A stretch of DNA of 49,697 nucleotides, filler included, from Sphacelaria rigidula (Eukaryota): the NCBI GenBank assembly GCA_964200075.2. It is 3 parts of 3 records of this genome, joined end to end, with 100 filler letters (N's around TTAATTAATTAA, not from the genome) between each part and the next. Parts side by side here need not be neighbours in the genome. Positions count along the whole stretch, not along the records: positions 1 to 16,505 come from CAXNAA020001333.1; 2 more parts are not named here. One strand, 5' to 3'. The notes below the pieces were generated by a model that made no database searches, was not told the origin of the DNA, and saw only the letters and a program-made list of their open reading frames with translations. Below, one piece after another: positions 1-11,515 of the stretch (positions within the stretch are counted from its first letter, which is position 1; the number at the start of each line of letters is the position of its first letter). The position numbers and the translations under genes are program-made.

Positions 1-1087
1 AATTTAAATGTGTGGTTAGTCCCAAACCCCCCATTTTTCTTTTTGTGCCTTCAGTCCCTCCCCCAAAAAAAAGTATGGCTCCCCCCCCCCTCCCCCCCCC
101 CCCCCCCCCCCGAGAAAAAAAGCGCACGTCCACTCAATATCCATGTGCCGCTGAACCCTCATAAAAGGACTATAAAAGGGTTAGCGAGAAGTGCGTTCGG
201 TCGATTTTTCAATGGGATCGTAGTGCATTATAGTTTGTGGAATGGCAGGAGATATGAAACAGTCCAAGTGCCAGGGGTGTTGAGGTTAAAAATAACTTAG
301 GTGTCGTTGGAGCGTCTACTGTTCAATCCAAGGGAAATATGTTTGTGTGATTCGAGCAGTTGTAGGGTGGTGCAAGGCTTACCGGACCAGCAGCCCCTAA
401 GGTAAGACGTGGCTTGATGGGCATTTTCCCGCTTTCAGGTATACCGTCACGCTGAACGGAGCACTCACGAAATTCCGAAGCCGGGCTTGAACTGCGCATG
501 GCGTACTTTCGCACAAGAATAAATCTATCGCGGAACCGAGCTGGGCGGGGAGGGAGGGGGTTGTGAAACGTGTGCCATTATTTTGCTCCTCACGATCACT
601 TGACGTTCTCTATCCCATAAGTTTTGTTTTGACGTCAAGTCCGACGCGAAGGTGTGACCGAACCCTACCAAGAGTAATAGTGCTCACTCGAACTTGTGCT
701 GCCTGTGTTTTTATTCTCGGCACGATGCTTTGGGAACAATGGATTGCATGACGGGTGGACGGCAAAGGTGTATCGATCACCCGAGCACTTTCTGGAGGTG
801 TTGGGGTCTCTCAAGGGACAGCTGACGGACATGCCTTTGCCATCTTACGATCCGTCAGGAGGCGACGACAGTCGCCCCTTCGAGATGCAGCAGGTACTAC
901 GTCTGTTCATGTGCTTCGCGTGTATGGCGTGTTGTTTCTCTCCGAATGAGGGCGGGTGGGAAACGACTTTTATTGGTTCCGGTTGAGGAAGGCGTCAGAA
1001 GGTGGCTTGACAAAACGTTCGATCAAAGTGGATAAGCTGCGAGAGGGCTGGTAGTAATGGGCCAACACCCAATGACAACTTGTCAGG

Positions 1088-1360
1088 TAGGTACCGGGCA
1101 CGGGGTGGGTTGATCACATGAGAGTTCCCCTTCATCACAAGCAACCGGTGGGAGGAATCCAGCAACAGTGCCCCGGCGTCAACCGTTGCTGTAGAAAATA
1201 TCTATTGTTTTTTTTTTCTGTTCCCTATTTGTTTTTCCTTAGAGCGTGTTTGAATTTCGTTTTTGTTGGGTACGTCTATGTCTATCATGAGACCACGGCT
1301 GGACCCCTGGGGGGTCAGTTAAAGTGCCACAATCAATCAATCAATCAATCGATCAATCAA
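1088..1360 (+). mobile_element. 3' end of a non-LTR retroelement (RTE-type LINE or derived SINE) with (TCAA)n tail
   Basis: T-rich tract, then CATGAGACCACGGCTGGACCC, then a (CAAT/TCAA)n microsatellite tail at ~1330-1360. Short tandem tails are typical of RTE-clade 3' ends. The 5' boundary is approximate. Confidence 0.55.
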
Positions 1361-3818
1361 TGATGTTAGCGTATCTTGCTATTGTCTTGGATCGGTCCGG
1401 TATCACACCACCCCCACAACTTCGTAGTTGCTACTCAAGAATTCATTGAGACGTCGCGTCATATCGCTCAAAATTGCTCTGTACGTTTGATGAAGTGCCA
1501 ACACCCGCGAATCCCCACAAATAGTGATGAAATCATTTTGATGGAGTAAACGTTCAGCCCGCAAAATTGCTCAACACAACCTAGACGCGTCCCAACTGCT
1601 CCCGTCTCTACGACTGCGTGTGCATGTTCACTGTCTACTGTTCATCCATGCACCATACCCTGATGTGCTACCTTGGCGCACATCGTATCGTGCGACTTGT
1701 ACACAGTCACCCCGGGTTTCGACAGGTTTAGCCGTCATCTAGGTGTTGAATTGCACTCTTGTTCAGCAGTCATTTTCACATATTAGGTTAGGATGGGCGA
1801 TATCAGTCAGCGGCAGTATTGGCGTTGTCATGATTGATACAGACCGATACGTCTCCTCAATTCCCTCACCCAGTCATGTCTCACCTGTAGGGGCAGCTCT
1901 TCGCTCCCTTCTTCATTACACCTCCATTACGTCTCCGTTACACCTCCAAAAGAGGGTGAGGGGCAGGTAACGAGAAGAGCGGGATGAGCACGTATAGTTC
2001 GAAACACCGTCTCGTGGGGAAGGAAATTGATGGAGCCATGCTGTAGAGTCATGACGATTGCCACAAGCCTATGGTTCATACTGCGATTTTGACACGTTGG
2101 AGGTAACCCCGCGCCGAACACTCACCCAACCAACCACCCACTCAACATCCATCTCCCATCTCCGACCTCCACCTCGCTTGTCTTCCCTACGTTTGCACAG
2201 ACCCTGAAGGACGTGTGGCGGGAAAGACTGTTGGTCAATAACGTACCCACACCCCCGACTCAATGCTGGACCGTGATCCGCGATTTGCTTTTCAGTGCTG
2301 CTGTGGAAGAGACTTCTACGGAGAATATCAAGGACGGTTCAACCTCCCCCGCAACAGAAGCAGAACGAGTTAGGGTGGACAAGCTAGCCTCCGAAGGAGA
2401 CCCACCCGTGACAGCACGCGTCGTTGGTCATCCTCCGGAGGTAGAGAGGGATGGTAAAGACACGGACAATAATCATGACGAATGTGATACGGGGACGATG
2501 ACGCCAATGGCAGCAGGGATATCGCCGGTAAAGCCCAAGGCCATGCATTCGACTCCAAAGTCTTTGCCGACATCTTGCTCCGACGATGCAGCACCCGAGG
2601 CGGAAAACACGCCGTCGTCCAGCGCTGACTGCGGTAGCGGTGCTGCTGCTGGTGAAACTCAAGGGGGAGACGGGGGTAGCCGAGATGGCAGTTGTGGGCC
2701 AGGTGGGGAGGGAAGCGGGTGCAAGACGAAGAGATCGGGACTAGAGATATACGTTGACCAATGCGCGTGGAGAGTTTTGCATGCTGCATCTAGGACAGCT
2801 TCGGGCGGCGACTCATTCTTCGTTGTACATGTACGTGTGTACATGCGTCATCTATTCTCCCGCTCGTCAGTGGTGCATTATTTCTCCTGTCGTGACCCTG
2901 TCCATGTGTGTTGTGTTTTGGGCGGGTGCTGTACTTCAAAATATAAATATTGTTGTCATGACCTTTTGTCCATTCATTTCCCGTTCCGTGATCGTCCATG
3001 AATTCCTCTCTCGTGATTTAGAGCCTGTGTTTCTGTTCATGATGTGTTGTAGTCCTAACGTGTGCATCGTTCATTCCATATATCCATGTTTGTTTTGAGT
3101 TTCCGCCGTGCTCAAATGTCCATCATTCTTTTTTTCACGTATTGTGTATCACTCCAGCGTATTCTGTACTTCGTGGGACGCGAAATCCGCAAGTGTTATG
3201 GGGATAGGGGGAACGCACGTGAAATTGGATTATCCCATTCTAGATTTTTCACGAGCTTTTTATGGCACCCTCTCTGTTTTGCGTAGTTTTGCTTTACAAA
3301 ACCAAATTTAGAGCAGTGTTGGGCATTGCGAAGAACGAAGTGACAGTAATTCTCTGATTTTGCGTTACAACCGGAGAGACCCGAATGGAAGATGGAAGGG
3401 CACATTTGAGTAGCTCTACGCTATGTGTCCATTTCCGAACAGCGCCTTGCACGGTCTCCAACACTTTCTTCGCGTACTTCCCTTTGTCAAAAGCAGTCGG
3501 GGATGAACCTTGGCTCATCTTGAGAAAATATCCACGATCCACCATTCGGTCACGGTTTCTTTCTTCATTTTTGTATTAAACGTCTCAGTGCACAGGTGTT
3601 TTGTCAGGATGACGAATATTTCGTCAGGAACTGTGCCTTTTCTGCGACTGAAAGCTATCCCCTCACAAGTTTGCACGGTACGGACGAATCAGAGTTCATA
3701 CGGATTGACTCCCCATGAATATTGAATGCGAATAATGTACCAAAGAGTCATCCGGTATGAATCACGGATGGTAAAGTTGTGCGTTCGAGCTCATACCGCA
3801 CGAGTCGCGGACTGGGAA

Positions 3819-4071
3819 TGTGTACACTCCAAGTAGTGTCGCACGAATCAAGAGTGCAAAACATGTACGAATCACAATACTTGGATGAATCATGGGTGGG
3901 TAACTTGTACACTTGATTAATCTCGTATGAATTGAAGGTGGGGAACATGTACGCATGATTCATGCTGCATGAGCGGAAATTGGGAAACATTTAGGCTTGA
4001 TTCACCTCGTATGAATGGAAGGCGGAGAACATATACGTATGATTCATGCTGCACGACTCACACGCTGTTTG
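3819..4071. repeat. Diverged 42-bp tandem array I (~6 units)
   Basis: Unit starts at 3819, 3862, 3904, 3946, 3988 and 4030; approximate consensus CATGTACGYWTGATTCAYSTCGTATGAATNGAARGTGGGAAA. Confidence 0.9.
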
Positions 4072-4152
4072 GATGGAAGATTTCGTACCACTGTTGTCTG
4101 TTGTCCGCTGTACAGACGTTTCAGTACTAAGCTGTGCTGTACTGTACTGCAG

Positions 4153-4585
4153 TATCCGCTGAATGCAGTGGGCGCTGCCGGAGTGGTTCCGAAAACTCAC
4201 GCGAGCATGTGGGGACGACTCTTGCAGTACTGGTGCTGTCTGAAGCTGACGTCGTACTGTTTTATATGTTCAGGCCAACTGTACCATAGAACAAAACATT
4301 AAGAACAGAAAAACCGTTAATAGCTTAGCCCGGCCAAATAAACAGTGAGAAGAACCACCCTGGGCACGCAGCTGCGTCCTGTGCCATGGTGTGCCTTACT
4401 ATCCGCGGACTTCAGTGTACGCTGCCGGAGTTCTCCCGAAAAACCCCGCGAGCATGCGAGGACGACTCGTGCCGTTGCTGTGTTTTTCGCAAGTGTTCGT
4501 GGTAATGTATACGGTATGTTCAGGTCAAGTGTACCATAGAACACATAATGAAACCACAAAGGCTGTCAGAAGCATAGCTCGGGAA
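4153..4585. repeat. Diverged ~180-bp direct duplication (4153-~4335 vs 4400-~4585)
   Basis: Both copies share TATCCGC..CGCTGCCGGAGT..CCGAAAA..CGCGAGCATG..GGACGACTC..TATGTTCAGG..TGTACCATAGAAC. Confidence 0.85.
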
Positions 4586-4801
4586 AAAATACGGGCTGGA
4601 AAAGCCGCTCTGGGTACGCCGACGCGTGTGTTGTACTATAGTCGATGTGTTACGTGTGAGGACAAAAAATGAAATTGGGTTTATTGCGGATTTGGCTCTC
4701 GAGGAGGTTCGCGACCTGTACGCTCTCGTTTGCCTACGCCACCTGCAAAAAGGCCTCGCCACCCAAGAGTCGCGCCCCATGACATGACAGTTGGGAAGCA
4801 A

Positions 4802-5185
4802 CATGTTCTCATGATTTATATCATATGAACAAAAGGTGGAGAGCATGTACGGATTATTCAAGCTATATAAACATAGAGTGGGGAACATGCACACTTGATC
4901 CATCTCGTATGAATCGAAAGTGGGAAACATGTACGTATGATTCATGGTGCATAAGCGGAAATTGAGAGCCATGTACGCTTGATTCACCTCGTATAAATGG
5001 AATGTGGGAAACAGGTACCTATGGTTCACACCATACGAATGCAAGGTAGGAAATGTGTCCCTTCGACGGTGTGCCGCACGAATCACGAACTGAGAATGTG
5101 TACACTAAGTAATGTCGTACACATCACGAACCGAAAACATGTACAAATCACAACTTGTGGACGAATCGTATGATTGATTCGTCCA
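4802..5185. repeat. Diverged 42-bp tandem array II (~9 units) ending in a 10-bp-stem hairpin
   Basis: Unit starts at 4802, 4844, 4886, 4928, 4970, 5012, 5054, ~5097 and 5138. Terminal inverted repeat TGGACGAATC (5158-5167) / GATTCGTCCA (5176-5185). Confidence 0.9.
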
Positions 5186-5909
5186 AATGTTGAACATGAG
5201 TTGAATCACGGTTTGATTCTTGCGAACTGCGTGAGTTTGTTCAGTCTTCAGGATCCAAGGATTCCGCCACGGTGATGTATCAGCTTCTGAACGGCGCCTG
5301 GGATGTTGAACACTGTTGTTATGTGCTTTTGCTCCAACCGTGACCGTGTGTCTGCAGGACCTGTTTGGGGGAGAGGGCGTGTTGGTGAAGATATCCACAG
5401 CCCCGGCAGAACCCATCAGGATTCGAACCAAGGTCAGTTGGCTGTGGTCGCTCTGTTACTGTCCCTCGCTCGTCTATTCCCGCCGACTTTCAGCTTCGAG
5501 TACTGTTCTTTTTTTCGTTCTATTCATACTTCGACGCCGATTCGTTCATGGGCTCGAGGGATGAGCCCATCTCTCCTGCATTTTTTTAAAATATATTTTA
5601 TGTCCTGTCATGTACTTTGGGGTAGGTTTCAACATGAGAGTGATGCCGTATGACAGTGTACGATACTTTTGCACGTCGTAGATTACAATGGTTAGTAACG
5701 ATAACCCCCTTGGGGGCGAGGTCCTGCCAAATATACCCTTCAAAAGCCGCCTGCAGGAGAGGAGATCGGGATGCCGGAGTAATTTTCACCACAAAGCCTG
5801 TTACCGCATGTCAGAGAGAAACGTGGGTTTATTTAAAACAGAGTATAGTGCATCCCCACTATATTTCGTGATGTCCGTGGCGTTGCTCTGTGATTATCTC
5901 AAACCTAGT

Positions 5910-8390
5910 ACGGTCCCGTACCACCCGAACACTCTCAAACATCCCTCCGAGAAGTTGTTCCGCGGAACTGTCAGTCGGTGATGTTGCTCCGAGAGTAAAC
6001 GGTGTGCACGAGGGGATATTTCATATCCCGTAGATCTTGAATTAGTTTTCGCTCAGGTCCGTCACAACACCTGGGTGTGGAAGACCAACGTGTCCCGTAC
6101 CTACCTCGTGTGCGACGGCTAGGGTCGGTACTAATGGCGGATTCGTGCGCCGAAAAACCGATCGAAATACTACAGATCGATGTGGTCGTTACCATTGGCT
6201 AGCTCGCTACTCGCAGCACGATCTCCGCAACTTCCTGACCGTCGTCGTCAAAATACATATCATGATCCATGGCAACGGTACAGCCCTGCAGCCGAATATT
6301 AGTAGTGCACTGTGCTCATTTCGGGATCGTGTGCTCAATTCGCTCAGGGGTTGGCAGCGCGAGTCACCACGGTGGATAAACACGACATATACCACTCCAG
6401 CGATGTGGACATATCAGAGATGTCTCCTCGGCCTTTGATGACCATCACGACCATCATGAAGGAGGTCATTCAGTTCGCACCGTACCAGGTCTCGGACTCG
6501 CCTGCGCGGCCACGCACGGCACCTCAGGTACTGGAAAGGCATGTCGGTAGTAGTGACGCATGTTCGTTGTGACAGCTTGCCCGATCCGCGCGTTCTACGA
6601 CTCGCTTCCTGTATGACCGCTGATTCGCCTTTTTCACCCACCACAGAGATGGTTTGCGGTGCACTCAGTGCTAGTAGACTGTTCACTGTGTTTTCGTTGA
6701 TATTCCGATACTGATTCTACTTGATGTAGTACTGTCGCGATCAAAACCCTGATTCGACCGTATTTTGAATACCGCCCTTCGTCGTACTCTACTACTGTTG
6801 TGTGCTTAATCGATCAGCGTGTTCATGCTCGGTGATGAGAAAATCGCACCCTACCTGGCTCTCCGCTCTTGTGTCATCACGTTTCCGCCTTCGTTACTCT
6901 TGGTTTGATCATGTGTCCTTACTTCTCTTTTCTCAAAGCACCTGCGCGCGTGTGCTCGGTTTGGTTTTACATTGCGACGTTTAGAAAATTGGATTTCACG
7001 AAAGAAGATGGAGAAAAACCAAGCCAATCCTGAACTCAACCATATCGTTCAAACCCATCTCCTTTCCTCTTGGATTTTGGCCGTTTGTTTGCTAGGTATC
7101 AATATTACGCAATTCTAGACGATATTTCCAAGGTGTGTCCTCCCCCCTCCCCCCTTTCCCCCCCTGATTGAATCGTGTAATGACACTCTCCGATCGTAAT
7201 TCAATCGCAGTTTTTCGCCGAGGGTACTGCTTTGGATACTGCCACGGAGGGCGCTAAGGTGCAGCCCGCATATACACGAAGCGGCAGGCAAGAGCTGTAC
7301 GATGAACTTGTTGCAGTCTTCTCTGGGCTTTTACTCCGTATGATAATGTTTTGTGTTGTTCGTTTCTTCTTGGGCGTTTGCGTTTCGGAGATCACTCGCT
7401 TATTTTCAATACGCACATGCTTGGTGTTTATTTCCCAAGTTGCAGGAGTTGTTACATCCTTCGATGGCCGAGTGGGCGACAATTGTGCCCATAGACAGTA
7501 CTAAAGCTTGGGCGCGAGGTGCAACAGATCCACCAGATATCGACCACTTAAACGTGGAGTGGAAGGGTACACGACAGATCCAGGCATACCTGGACGTCTT
7601 ATGGCCGTAAACAGGCCGTACCGTATGTTGAACGCCCGAGAGTACGGCCATGCGATTACCCCAGAACACCTCCATACCTGGTCGTGACGAGAAATGGCAT
7701 GGGTATACTTGAGTCTCCCGAATTACGTCCGAAACCGGTACCTGAACGTCACGATGGACTCGAACCTAGCGCAAGTTGTACGTATTTGTGGCGGATCTCA
7801 AGCAGCTCAAATGCCGTATTCTCGCTCTAGCAATGGTGGTAAAGCAACGATGATCGTGCACTTTTGAGCTCTTCCCACAACTCGTACTGGTCTAAAACTA
7901 CATGTGTTTGGATCTTCGAAGTTCGGCTCTCGTGCGCGGCGGTTCGGCTGTACCGAGTTTGCCCTCGAGATACAACCCATGCACGGATATTTTTTTTCTT
8001 TGTCGAAAGGGGGAAACCCAATCCACCAAGCGAGTTCGTGTGCCGATTGCCCGAAGGCTTGGCTAGACTGCCTCGCGGCAGTCATATGGTGAAGGCGCCT
8101 CGAGCGTTCGCAAGCTTTGCTCGAGACAGTGTGGGGGATGCTCCCACTCAAACCCACTTTCAACTTGGAGTAGTGCACGCACCGCCATACTCTCATGAGC
8201 TTCGGCCCTAGACCCACGCACGGATGAAGTGAATCGAGCACGACGAGTGTCAGGAAGAAAGAGCCATGTATCCCAAAGCCGTGCAATAGTTGTGCAGGCA
8301 AGAATCCTACGACCGATGGTAAACCATCGAGGGGGTGAAGGTCACCGTGTGCTGTGGACAGCAAGCGCTTGTACAATGAAGTCTACGAAC
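5910..8390 (+). pseudogene. Run of decayed orphan exons downstream of the helicase relic (unknown products)
   Basis: AG/GT-bounded coding-like blocks at e.g. 6358-6527, 7211-7337 and ~7446-7777, with internal stops and frameshifts. No family recognised. Confidence 0.35.
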
Positions 8391-11381
8391 ATGCAGGTCA
8401 CGTTTGCCGTACAGTAGGACCTCGATCACGTTTGCCTTCGGGAAACGGACGTCCTCGGCCAGAGCGATGGGCGGGTTGTCGTATACCGCTCTGCTGTACT
8501 TCAAGCAATTCCAGCTCTACCTAATGCGACATTCGACGTCAGGGATGGCATCGCTGTTGCTGCTGATTTGCTGCCGAGATGGACGAAAGACTCAACTTGC
8601 TTCTTCACCTTTGGCCTGCCGCCTCCACTTCGACCACAGTTGCCTTTGTCCTGGGGAGGGCACATGCATGGTTTCCGTCTCCTTTTCCGCCACGACGAGG
8701 CCGAACGTCGCACAGACTTCGACGATGTCTGCCATCATCTTTGCGAGGCTTGGTTGAGATCTCGACGCGATACCAGCATCGTCGGCGTTCGCATGGCCCA
8801 AAGTACTTTGCCAAGCTCTTCCCGGGTCTTCCCGCCCCTGGTAGCGACGCGAGTGAAGTCCTACGCCATCGCCTTATAATCGAGAAGCGGTCGAAGGTCA
8901 CCGTCAGAACCACCGCGAAGAAGATGCTGAACGAACCGGGGGCAATCACATAACCTCGGCGGGACCCTGATAAACGTCAGACCATTCAGACGTCTCAGAC
9001 GCCTCGCTGTTGTCAAGGCGCCCGCACGCTGTTGTGGAACTGGCGAATGATGAAATCATCTTGGCGGGGAGGCCGTATCGTGCCAGCACCGTCCAGAGAA
9101 GAGAGCGGTCAACTGAGTCGTAAGTCTTCTGGGGGTCGATGAAGCATACGTACATGTGAACATTCTTCTCCTCCCCGACCAGTTGTTGGAGTCTGTGCAC
9201 AGCGTACATCATATCGATTGCCGATCGGCCGGGTCGGAAGCCGCGTTGAGCTTCTGGCAGGATTCCCTTCCACGCGCAGTATAGGCGGGTCGTAGCCATC
9301 TTGAGGATGACCCTGCCCACGTGGGACCCCAGCGAGATGCCGTGGTAGTTTCCATTTTTGTGCGGATCATTTTCTTGAACAGCACCTCGACGACATCGTC
9401 TTTCAATTCCTGTGGCTACTTCTTGACCCTACACTGTGAGCATCATGTTGTGGCGGCACTTCAGTATGGCAGAGCCCTCGGCGAGGCCGAGATTCAGTTC
9501 TTCGCCACACAGGCTGTCAGTCCCAACGGCCTTACGTTTCGCCGGTTTGCCCTTGGCTTCCTTCACTTCTTTCATCGAGGACTCGTCCGCGAGCGATGCG
9601 TGCTCCGGCATCTCTTCGATGACATCAATGACAGATGGGTGGAGCCTGGGCGAGGTTACTGTACGTTCAGAAGCGTTTCGAATCACTCTCGACACCGTTG
9701 TAGGATAGCTTACGTGTTCCATAACAACTCGCCGGCCGCAGTTCTGATATAGGTTGAGCCACGCCTCTTCCTTTCCAATTCCAAGGACTTGATGTGTTGG
9801 TACAACCCTGTCTGGTCCCTCTTGCGGGTTAAGTGCACTACACTGGCGGTGAACTCGCGGATGTAATTCTGCAGTTCAGCGATTTCCGCCGCTTGAACGT
9901 CTTGTCTGTCACCCACAACACCTTTCTCTGGTCAAGGTATTTGAGATAGTGCGTACCTTCTCTCATACACGCTTCCTGACATTCCACGCCTCTTGAAGGC
10001 TTTGCTGAGCCCATGACGACTCACTGAACCTATAGATGTGCGATTCTGCGAACAGGGTGGCAGTGTATCGCAGACCCCTGTCGCAGGGCGTCGGCGAAGG
10101 TAGAGACCATGTCGTTGACGTCCAGGACTGCGGTGGAGTTGGTGGCATTAGGGAGCTTGGTGAAAATGGCTCGCGATACAATTGCTCTCCAACACCTGTC
10201 GGATGTGAGGAGTTTTCGGTCGAAACGCACTCCGCTGCCGCCACCTCTCGAGTTTGGCCTGCGATAAGGTCCGCTTCGTTTCCTGTCCGAGGAGACGGAG
10301 GCTGAAACCAGTCGACGGTCTGATTTCATCTCGGGGTGCACAGTGACGTTTCGAACAAATCTTCGGTCTTGCTGACGTACCAGGATGCAGGGATGTAGTC
10401 CAGGCGCCAGCGGTGTCCGGCCTTTGGTCCGTCATATGTGTACGTGGCTGAACTTTCCCCCGCTGTTGGCGTGCGAAAAAATGTGTTGGCGACTGCCAGT
10501 TTTTTTTTCTGTTGCGTATGTCAGCAGTCGCATGCCGTTGTCATTGAGGGTATCTCTGCCGTACTCTCCCAAGGTCCAATAGTTTGCCAGGCCTCCTTCA
10601 TTTACTCTCTTTTCGGTGCAAGCGCTGGCATCCATCATATGTATCAGGTCTCCGCTGGTGGGCACTTCAGCCATGGGAGCTACAAGGTGTTTTTCAGAGC
10701 TTGGTCTCTTCAAAGGTAGCTGCTGTTTCAGTGGAAATATACCCGACGAAGAAGGTCGTAACAACTTTGTGTCTGAAGAGTATTCGCACCTTCAGCATCC
10801 TCGAACTGATGTGCTCGGGTTACGGGGACGATGTCTTCTGGGTCTCAGTCGCTCCCGATAGACTCCTTAATGGCAAGGCCAACTTTGAGCATTCCCGGTT
10901 CATCCCCGTGTCCATTGTAGTGACCGCTGCATTGGGTGACATACCCAGCGGTCGACGCTTCGAAACTTGTTCTTCCATCTCGGCGGGTCTCTTGTAGGGT
11001 GAGGAAATCACGGCGTACTCGGAGCTTAAGGACAACATATCTTCCACGTTGCCTGCACCGTTGGTCCCTGTCCTTGCCATGCTGCGTGCGTTCCCCTTGG
11101 TAACCACCAGCTACTTGGATCGCGACACCGCCACCGTGGTTCAACGGAACCAGTCCTTCTCTCCCCCGGGACACACCTGTAATTTGATATTGCGGATTGG
11201 ATAGCACTCCCGCACCGCGTCGACTCTCGTCAAGTGAAACTCTTTGTGCTATTCACCCTCTCTCGTTATCAACAACGATACTCTTCACTATTAAGTTGAA
11301 CTTCATCTATGGGAGTCGAACTCGGTTTTTCTCGACCAAATGGTTTCAATTGCGGCATGAGACCACTGGGGTGCAGCGCCC
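8390..11381 (-). mobile_element. Decayed RTE-clade non-LTR retrotransposon (APE endonuclease + reverse transcriptase)
   Basis: Endonuclease motifs GNARSM, LTLQETRR, VGLAIKESI, MMDASA and SDRRLV. RT motifs ILPEAQRGFRPGRSAIDMM, CFIDPQKTYDSVDR and NADDAGIASRS (eroded YADD, ~8779-8790), then IEVLLYG. Many stops and frameshifts; the 3' end and tail are absent. Confidence 0.93.
11311..11381 (-). promoter_or_regulatory. tRNA-derived Pol III-type internal promoter (A and B boxes) at the LINE 5' end
   Basis: The minus strand reads GGGCGC-TGCACCCCAGTGG (A-box-like, 11375-11363), then ~40 nt, then GAGTTCGACTCCC (B-box-like, 11323-11311). Confidence 0.6.
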
Positions 11382-11481
11382 TATTATATGAGCACCGAAA
11401 TATCTGCCCTTCCCCAGCAAGATGGACGGATAGTTCATGGAGGTTTTCTCAGAAGAAGTGATAGCCATGGCTTGTGAATTG

Positions 11482-11515
11482 ACACGCACGCACACACACA
11501 CACACACACACACAC
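11482..11515. repeat. (CA)n microsatellite
   Basis: ACACGCACG followed by ~12 CA units. Confidence 0.95.

Larger units (their letters stand above)
2201..5822 (+). pseudogene. Degenerate intron-containing D5-like (SF3) primase-helicase gene relic
   Basis: Exon 2201-2830 (cacAG..GTacgt) has PTPPTQCWTVIRDLLF and ends YVDQCAWRVLHAASRTASGGDSFFVVH, resembling the D5 segment just before Walker A. Exon 5358-5432 (DLFGGEGVLVKISTAPAEPIRIRTK) and exon 5682-5822 (ITMVSNDNP..NIPFKSRL) splice in phase 0 into a motif B'/motif C/Arg-finger-like run. Walker A and B exons were not found, and a frameshift appears to follow the Arg finger. Confidence 0.5.

Noticed and set aside
10-300. Proline-rich 96-aa ORF
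   Set aside because: Produced by a poly-C, low-complexity and probably low-quality contig start.
3294-3660. Minus-strand coding-like fragment (possible transposase remnant)
   Set aside because: Short, frameshifted and with no recognisable motif; cannot be supported.
3819-5185. CRISPR array
   Set aside because: Units are contiguous diverged tandem repeats without unique spacers, there are no cas genes, and the context is eukaryotic.
11311-11381. Functional tRNA gene
   Set aside because: A and B boxes are present, but no convincing acceptor or anticodon stems; better explained as a retroelement head.
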